From a virus, in IMG/VR virus record IMGVR_UViG_3300019754_000001, positions 1-64,000 of that record: a stretch of 64,000 bases of DNA. One strand, 5' to 3'. The position numbers were made by a program, and so were the translations under genes. The notes under the pieces are model-generated. The model was not told the origin of the DNA and searched no databases. It was given only the letters and a program-made list of their open reading frames with translations. Position 1 is the first letter of the stretch, and each line of letters starts with the position of its first letter. Below are positions 58,223 through 64,000 of the stretch, one piece after another.

Positions 58223-61200
58223 TCATAATTCTGTTGAAGTTGAATAGAATGTTCTAGTGTTGTATATTCTAATTTCATCTACTGCTATAGAGTTATCATA
58301 TATAAGTTTAACTACTAATTGCTTTCCTCTTATTCTTTCGGTAACTAATCTACCACCCTCGTCCAGCTGTCCTGTTTTTAATCTAGGCATTGCGAGATTA
58401 AAGCTATTAAGTGAATTTCTAGTATTAAATAAGTAATCTTTATATGGAAGTATTTTTACTCCTTCTGCCTCATATATAGTTCTATTTGATTCTGTAAATA
58501 CTACATCATCTATATCATCTGTATATACCTTAACTGTATCAATTGTTGTATATTCAGTAGGAACTTCAGCATTCTTTACATATATAGGAATATGTTCTGT
58601 TCTAGCCCTATCGCCATAGCTTGTTATCTCACTTATTGTTTTATTACTGATGTTACTAGCTTCAAGGTATGAAAATTTATTGAAAGTATCAATACCGTAT
58701 CTATATATTTTATTGTGTATTGACAGTGCGTCAAGTTGCTTATTTATAGGTAATTCATTTCCTACTTCATAGGACACTACAAATGGATAAACTACTCCAA
58801 AAAATTCCCCTTTGTTAGTATTAACTTTATCATATTCATAAAGTGACCTAGAATCACCACTAAGTACAAACTGCTTAAACCTTTTTATATAAATACTTGG
58901 GATAAAAGACATATAAGAAATTACAGCATTTATAGGCTCATTTATCTTAAGAGTATAAGAGTCTGGCTCTTCTATGTATTTAGACATGTTAATAGAGTCT
59001 CCACTTCCAAATGTATAACCACTTACATAAGTAAATGCTACACCACCTTCAAAAATTTCATAAAGTAGATATTCTCCACTTTGTCCCTCACCACTTAAAG
59101 TATATATATTACCAATATTCATTAACAGCTTTGAAGAATCTCCATAAATATAGGTATACCCTATAATACTACCAACATCAAAATATATATCATCATATAA
59201 ATAACCATTTGCTTCATTTCTTATAGTAAGAAGCATGTTAGAAGTTATAGAGTCATACCCTCCTATTAATGTAGTATTTAGATCTATTGTTTTTTTAGCA
59301 TGACTTGCTATTCCCATCAGGTCTGATATAGGCTCTAGACTACTACTATATCTATATATCTTTTTTTTATTTATATCCATAAAGTATATATAAGAATTAC
59401 TTGTAAGAGCTTCATTTAATTTTTGAATCCCTACATTATCACTTATATAAGTAAAGCCATCGAGCACTGTACTTATTCCCATAAGAGCTGTAGTACCATC
59501 ATCCTGCGGTATTTGTGTCCTAGTGTTTATTCTTGCTAGTGACATACCACTATCTTGAAAAACATACACATTCCCATTCTTCTCTATCATATGATTTACA
59601 GGGCCTAGCCTATTTTCAGCTGAGTTGAAGTTATTTACCCTAAAGCTTAAAAATGAATCTAATGTTTCGCCATTAACTTTAGTATCGCTGTATGCTACTT
59701 TAGTTGGAAATTTTTCTAGTTGGTTATTACTATAATCTTTTTCAACAGCATAGGAGCCAGTGTCTGTTTGACTATAAACACTATTATATTTATACAAAGG
59801 TGGATAATCTACTTCAGTACCATCATCTTTAAGATAGTTACCCTCCTCTCTAAACTCTCCAGGTATTGTGTTTAGTGTTGACTCCGTAGGGTTTTTACCT
59901 ACAAAAAGATTAGTATTTACAGTACTTGCTACAGGGAAAGCTATCAATTCAGCATACTTTGCATTACTGGTTAGTGCTGAGTAGGGATTAATTACCCTTT
60001 GTAGTTCAAATAGATTTGGAAATACATCTCCAGTATAACCTGTTTCAGCTATGTAATTTAATTCAGGTATGTATATTTTTGCAGGTTTCCTTGGAGTACC
60101 TTGAAGTACGTATATAGAAGATAATCTACTTTGGTAACTTCCTCCCCCATAAGGATAAACATCTCTTTTTATTGCAAAGTATCCCAAGTGTGTTGAATCA
60201 AGTAACGCCATTGCATTGGTAAGTGAATCACACTTTATCCCTATTGCTGTAGCACCATCTCCTTGTACAGTAAACCCAGAGCTACTATCACTACTAGTCC
60301 ATACAAAATCATGCACCTTATTTAAAAATAAGTCCCCATCTATAGATACTTGATTTCCAGGCTCTATTGTTTCACTATCTATTATATCCTTAATATTATC
60401 TGAATCATATTCTATAGGCTCAAAATGTGGATACTTTGCATAGGCTCCAAAAGAGGATGGATAGCTTAGGGCTAGTGCATTGAAAAAGTCTCCAGTTGGA
60501 TTGAAGTATTCATTGGCCCCAATATTGGAAAGTTTTCCTATTAACTCTATTTTCAGTCCTGTAACTTTACTGTTCTTAAATACTGAAATCTCTGGACTGT
60601 AGAAGTATAGCCTGGTATCTATCTTATCACTTCCACTTAGGCCCTCCCCATTATATATAGTACCTCCAGCCGTAGGGTTTGATGGTACTTTTGTTGTTGT
60701 TGTTGACGTTAGATATGAATTGCCTGCATTTACTTGGTCATAAGTAGCAGCCCCGACAGCAACACCCTCATATAGTATTCTCCTATCTGTAAAATCTCTT
60801 TTAACTACTGCTAAACTAAAATAAGAATCATATAGTTCAGGGTAATCAGTTACATTTATATCAACTGCTAAAATAAGACCAAATGCTTTTATTTCATCTG
60901 TATCATTAGAAGCTGACATTTCATCATGTCGTGGTGTCCTAATATCACCAATCCACTTAGCAGAACTTCTCCTAAGATATTTATCATGCACAACTACAGC
61001 TACTCTATATATCTCATCAAATTGGCAGAATTGTGTAAGGAGGGTAGAATCTGTTCCATTAAGAAGTGATTCTGTATCTCCAACTGTTATACTTCTTAAA
61101 AGGAAAGAATAACTAACATTCTTACCTTCCCCTCCCAAAACTCCTGCTTGATTAAATTTATAACCACTGGCATAGTTTGTATTGAAAGGATTAACTAAAT

Positions 61201-62407
61201 CATCTGTTAAATCAAAATCTATATTATCTTTCCAATTAACATCTGTACTATCTATATAAACATTCCCATCAGAATTAGTCAATACTGCTTGGCCACTACT
61301 ATTAAATCTATAAGCTCTTGCATCAAAATCAATATCAAAATAATCTTCTTCAAGATTAGCTAAAAATAAAGTATTATCTTTAATAGCGTGTGTCTTTGGA
61401 CTTATAAATGGTTTTAATAGATTCAACTCTCCTATATCTACGGTTGATAAGATACTATCATATTTAACATCCTGTAGTAGTGAAGTTCCACTCCCTTCAT
61501 AAATTATACTAGCCTCCCCTGTACCATTTAATTCTGAAAACCAAACACGTAGTACTTGGCAATTTGTTGCCATTTTAGCTGAAGGTATAGATAATCCAAC
61601 AGTAGTATTAATGTAACCAGTATCATTAGTACTATATTCTCCAAATACTTTATTTGTTGTTGAGTTATTGATAGTTGAACTAATAGGTGTTAGCCCTGTT
61701 AGTTGAACCCATTCAGTATAACCACCATTCTCATATCCTCTTATGTAGTAAATGTAAACACCTACCCTTAAATTACCACCTATATAAGATGCTGTTCTGA
61801 ATGGTATATAGGTTTGAGAAGGCATTATATCTAAATCTTCTGAAGTTAAAGAATTTATCCTTGTGTAAGACCCTTGAAGTAGGGGGTCTTCACTAACCTC
61901 ATTAGTAAAATCAGGAGCTATATTCAGATGCTTAAGTTTAGTATTACCCCCCTCACCTTTTGAGTAAAAGTAAAGTTTTACTAAGTCATCCTTCTCTCTA
62001 TTAACAAATGCATCTACTATGCCGTTACTTAAAATGCCAGCATATTTATCATCAATTAATACTATTCTAGTGTAACTAATATCTCCATACTTCAATAAAT
62101 CTATTTTAATGTTTCCGGTATTATTAGTATCTTTATAAATTAAAATTATATCATCTTTATCGTTTATCCCTTTACTTATAACCCAATTATTGTTGTAAGG
62201 GCTTGAAGCATCAGCAGTTGAAGTTACATCAGTAGGCCATACTACTGACATTAATGTATTACCATTTGAATTAACTGCTACTCCTTTACTGTTATTCTCA
62301 TCTTTATAAATATCTCCATTTAACATATACCTGTACTTACCTTGTTGTAAGTGTAGGGATGGAGAATCTTTATCTATTCCGCTTGTAAATATATTAAACT
62401 GTTCCAT
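58223..62407 (-). CDS. Tail muzzle/stabilization protein (P22 gp10-like)
   Basis: F.SG.DKD N-terminus, KDNTLFLAN, DEIYR...KWIGDIRTP, GDVF, RIRG C-terminus; ATG start 62407 preferred over TTG 62431. Confidence 0.8.
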   Translation of the reverse strand: MEQFNIFTSGIDKDSPSLHLQQGKYRYMLNGDIYKDENNSKGVAVNSNGNTLMSVVWPTDVTSTADASSPYNNNWVISKGINDKDDIILIYKDTNNTGNIKIDLLKYGDISYTRIVLIDDKYAGILSNGIVDAFVNREKDDLVKLYFYSKGEGGNTKLKHLNIAPDFTNEVSEDPLLQGSYTRINSLTSEDLDIMPSQTYIPFRTASYIGGNLRVGVYIYYIRGYENGGYTEWVQLTGLTPISSTINNSTTNKVFGEYSTNDTGYINTTVGLSIPSAKMATNCQVLRVWFSELNGTGEASIIYEGSGTSLLQDVKYDSILSTVDIGELNLLKPFISPKTHAIKDNTLFLANLEEDYFDIDFDARAYRFNSSGQAVLTNSDGNVYIDSTDVNWKDNIDFDLTDDLVNPFNTNYASGYKFNQAGVLGGEGKNVSYSFLLRSITVGDTESLLNGTDSTLLTQFCQFDEIYRVAVVVHDKYLRRSSAKWIGDIRTPRHDEMSASNDTDEIKAFGLILAVDINVTDYPELYDSYFSLAVVKRDFTDRRILYEGVAVGAATYDQVNAGNSYLTSTTTTKVPSNPTAGGTIYNGEGLSGSDKIDTRLYFYSPEISVFKNSKVTGLKIELIGKLSNIGANEYFNPTGDFFNALALSYPSSFGAYAKYPHFEPIEYDSDNIKDIIDSETIEPGNQVSIDGDLFLNKVHDFVWTSSDSSSGFTVQGDGATAIGIKCDSLTNAMALLDSTHLGYFAIKRDVYPYGGGSYQSRLSSIYVLQGTPRKPAKIYIPELNYIAETGYTGDVFPNLFELQRVINPYSALTSNAKYAELIAFPVASTVNTNLFVGKNPTESTLNTIPGEFREEGNYLKDDGTEVDYPPLYKYNSVYSQTDTGSYAVEKDYSNNQLEKFPTKVAYSDTKVNGETLDSFLSFRVNNFNSAENRLGPVNHMIEKNGNVYVFQDSGMSLARINTRTQIPQDDGTTALMGISTVLDGFTYISDNVGIQKLNEALTSNSYIYFMDINKKKIYRYSSSLEPISDLMGIASHAKKTIDLNTTLIGGYDSITSNMLLTIRNEANGYLYDDIYFDVGSIIGYTYIYGDSSKLLMNIGNIYTLSGEGQSGEYLLYEIFEGGVAFTYVSGYTFGSGDSINMSKYIEEPDSYTLKINEPINAVISYMSFIPSIYIKRFKQFVLSGDSRSLYEYDKVNTNKGEFFGVVYPFVVSYEVGNELPINKQLDALSIHNKIYRYGIDTFNKFSYLEASNISNKTISEITSYGDRARTEHIPIYVKNAEVPTEYTTIDTVKVYTDDIDDVVFTESNRTIYEAEGVKILPYKDYLFNTRNSLNSFNLAMPRLKTGQLDEGGRLVTERIRGKQLVVKLIYDNSIAVDEIRIYNTRTFYSTSTEL

Positions 62408-62442
62408 AGAGGAAAGTATGTCGCGCGACAACTGCTTAATCT
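62404..62442 (+). repeat. Bipartite element copy F (overlaps the muzzle start codon)
   Basis: CCATAGAGGAAAGTA-N13-CTGCTTAATCT, ungapped against copy C; lacks the terminal GGCG. Confidence 0.7.
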
Positions 62443-63104
62443 ACAACTCTAACTGCTCCAGAGTTGCTATAAAGCGGCTGCAACCTAGATAATGGCATTA
62501 TTGAACTAAGTCCAAACCACTCATTCATGGCATCAAAGTCTGGCATCAGTGTAGCTGTAGTAGCCGTATTAACATAATATAACCAATCTCTTTCAAACTC
62601 CCTATAAACTCTCTCATCCACCTTATTATTAATCCAAAGCTTTTTTGATATGTTATACATAACAAAGGAATAAAGAGCTTGTATTACCTCCTCACTATTT
62701 AAAATTAGAGGGTTTCCCATTTCATCTCTAGGGAATTCTATAACTTCAACATCGAGAGTCCCCTCCTCAAAGTTGGTATGTATGTTCATGCCGTTAATCA
62801 TGTAGGCTGGTGTATTTAAATACCGAACATCCATAAATGATTCTACTTTAGACATTGGAAGTCCGTTATATGTTATACTTCTTAAAAAATTAACGCTTTC
62901 AGGAAATGTTCCCATCTTACCTTCTACTTTAACTTCTATGATTCTTTTAACATTAAATCTAGGACTACCTATTTTTCTTAAGGCTCTATATACATATTGT
63001 TTTACTTTAGGAACTTGTGCCTCCCTAGTGAAAGTACTGTTAGGCATATCTGAGTGCAATCTACTCATGAACTTTTCAAAACTAATAAAATTTACGCTAC
63101 TCAT
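62436..63104 (-). CDS. Tail ring (tubular) protein
   Basis: ALRKIG, IHTNFEEG, P.DE.G.PLI...AL..F, W..YV motifs; position upstream of the muzzle gene. Confidence 0.75.
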   Translation of the reverse strand: MSSVNFISFEKFMSRLHSDMPNSTFTREAQVPKVKQYVYRALRKIGSPRFNVKRIIEVKVEGKMGTFPESVNFLRSITYNGLPMSKVESFMDVRYLNTPAYMINGMNIHTNFEEGTLDVEVIEFPRDEMGNPLILNSEEVIQALYSFVMYNISKKLWINNKVDERVYREFERDWLYYVNTATTATLMPDFDAMNEWFGLSSIMPLSRLQPLYSNSGAVRVVD

Positions 63105-63558
63105 GTAATTTGTGTATTAACTTATAATGGTGTGGGTATATGTATAAACTATACAGTCTGTTATTCTTAAACCTCCCTTTAAAAAATCTTATTGCATATA
63201 AGTTAAATAATAGGAAATTATAACTACCACTAGTCTTGTCATATTTTTTTATACTCTTATCTTCTTTTTTTGGATAAGTTGTCCTAAATACCTTACCCCT
63301 ATTGTCAAGTACAACACTAGGACTTCTTTCTATTATCCTCAGTATCCCTAAGTTACTTGGCAACTTTGCTATGTAGAATTCTGTTGCTACTTTATTAAAG
63401 ACCTCCTCATAAAAATCATTAACTACCTCAGTGAAGACTTCTTTAGAGATATTGGAAAGTTTTCCTTTATTCCTAGCTGCTTCATATATATCTGAGGTAG
63501 TTACTGTTTTTGCCTTTGTTATTTTATTTCTAAGGCTATTTATTCTCCCTTCCGTCAT
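63097..63558 (-). CDS. IHF/HU-like basic protein of the crAss tail module
   Basis: FTEVVNDFYEEV...LPSNLGILRI; location among the ring genes. Confidence 0.6.
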   Translation of the reverse strand: MTEGRINSLRNKITKAKTVTTSDIYEAARNKGKLSNISKEVFTEVVNDFYEEVFNKVATEFYIAKLPSNLGILRIIERSPSVVLDNRGKVFRTTYPKKEDKSIKKYDKTSGSYNFLLFNLYAIRFFKGRFKNNRLYSLYIYPHHYKLIHKLHE

Positions 63559-64000
63559 TTTCTAATGTAGGTCTAATACTCATCGGAACATTTAGTTTTT
63601 TAACTACTTCACCTAAAATGTATTCCCACAGTGCATAGTTAATTGGATAATCATCCCTCTCAACATCATAATAACTCTTACCGTTTATATCTTTGTAGTA
63701 AGATACTAGTATTGGATTCTCACATATTAAATCTACTCTTATGTGAGTAAAGAGGGATGCTTTAAAGTTTGCTTCTGGAACTTTTATATAAATATATCCA
63801 TTATCATAATAGGCATATATATCATTTTCTGTATAGTCTTCAAAATTAACCCATTCTGCAGAAGCCTTATCTACCACAGTAACGCTATACCCCCCAAACT
63901 CTTCTATACTGATTTTCTCTAGTGCTAATCTTTCTTTGAAGTTTATTGGTTTTGGTATCTTTACTTTAGTCTTTAGTAGCTTTATTTTTCTATTACTTAA
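63536..64000 (-). CDS. Tail ring/structural protein, 5'-truncated by the window edge
   Basis: Frame stays open to position 64000; YYDNGYIY...ENP...DYPI motif. Confidence 0.7.
   Translation of the reverse strand, partial: LSNRKIKLLKTKVKIPKPINFKERLALEKISIEEFGGYSVTVVDKASAEWVNFEDYTENDIYAYYDNGYIYIKVPEANFKASLFTHIRVDLICENPILVSYYKDINGKSYYDVERDDYPINYALWEYILGEVVKKLNVPMSIRPTLENDGRENK

Noticed and set aside
4052-62442. CRISPR/TIGR-like array or DGR interpretation of the dispersed repeats
   Set aside because: The copies are isolated rather than tandem, mismatches are not adenine-specific, and no RT, Cas or Nop-domain gene was recognised.
4052-62442. Strictly polarised (Ter/KOPS-like) orientation of the element from an origin at ~4.1 kb
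   Set aside because: Copy G at 23694 has the opposite orientation to copy C, which breaks simple polarity.
1-64000. Stop-codon reassignment (TAG or TGA), as in some Crassvirales
   Set aside because: Genes are intact and densely packed under code 11; TAG and TGA both end real genes; no suppressor tRNA was seen.

Overview
A 64-kb segment of a crAss-like (Crassvirales-type) bacteriophage genome, probably infecting a Bacteroidota host, read in the standard genetic code. The + strand (1-34.3 kb) carries a tRNA/structured-RNA cluster and many small early ORFs. It also has a GH73 hydrolase cassette and a replication/nucleotide-metabolism module: ATP-dependent ligase, UDG, DEDD exonucleases, class II RNR, GroES-like protein, PolA, DnaB-like helicase, AAA ATPase, SSB-like proteins, primase, dNMP kinase, ThyX and a DHH phosphoesterase. 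These genes converge at a bidirectional terminator (~34.3 kb) with a - strand late module: tail ring and muzzle proteins, an IHF-like protein, two cargo proteins and three giant virion proteins, one of them the virion RNA polymerase (DFDVD). Two patterns stand out. (1) The three giant proteins (6454 aa in total) contain only 4 cysteines, all at facing termini (...TEC* / MKCP...KKC* / MAKCP...), which suggests head-to-tail chaining for ordered ejection. (2) A ~50-bp bipartite, fixed-spacing DNA element (GCCRTAGA-RRWAG...AATC-YYC-GGCG) occurs 7 times at 5 loci 10-20 kb apart. Three copies lie inside coding sequence and two loci carry inverted pairs. All calls are by eye from motifs; no database searches were run.
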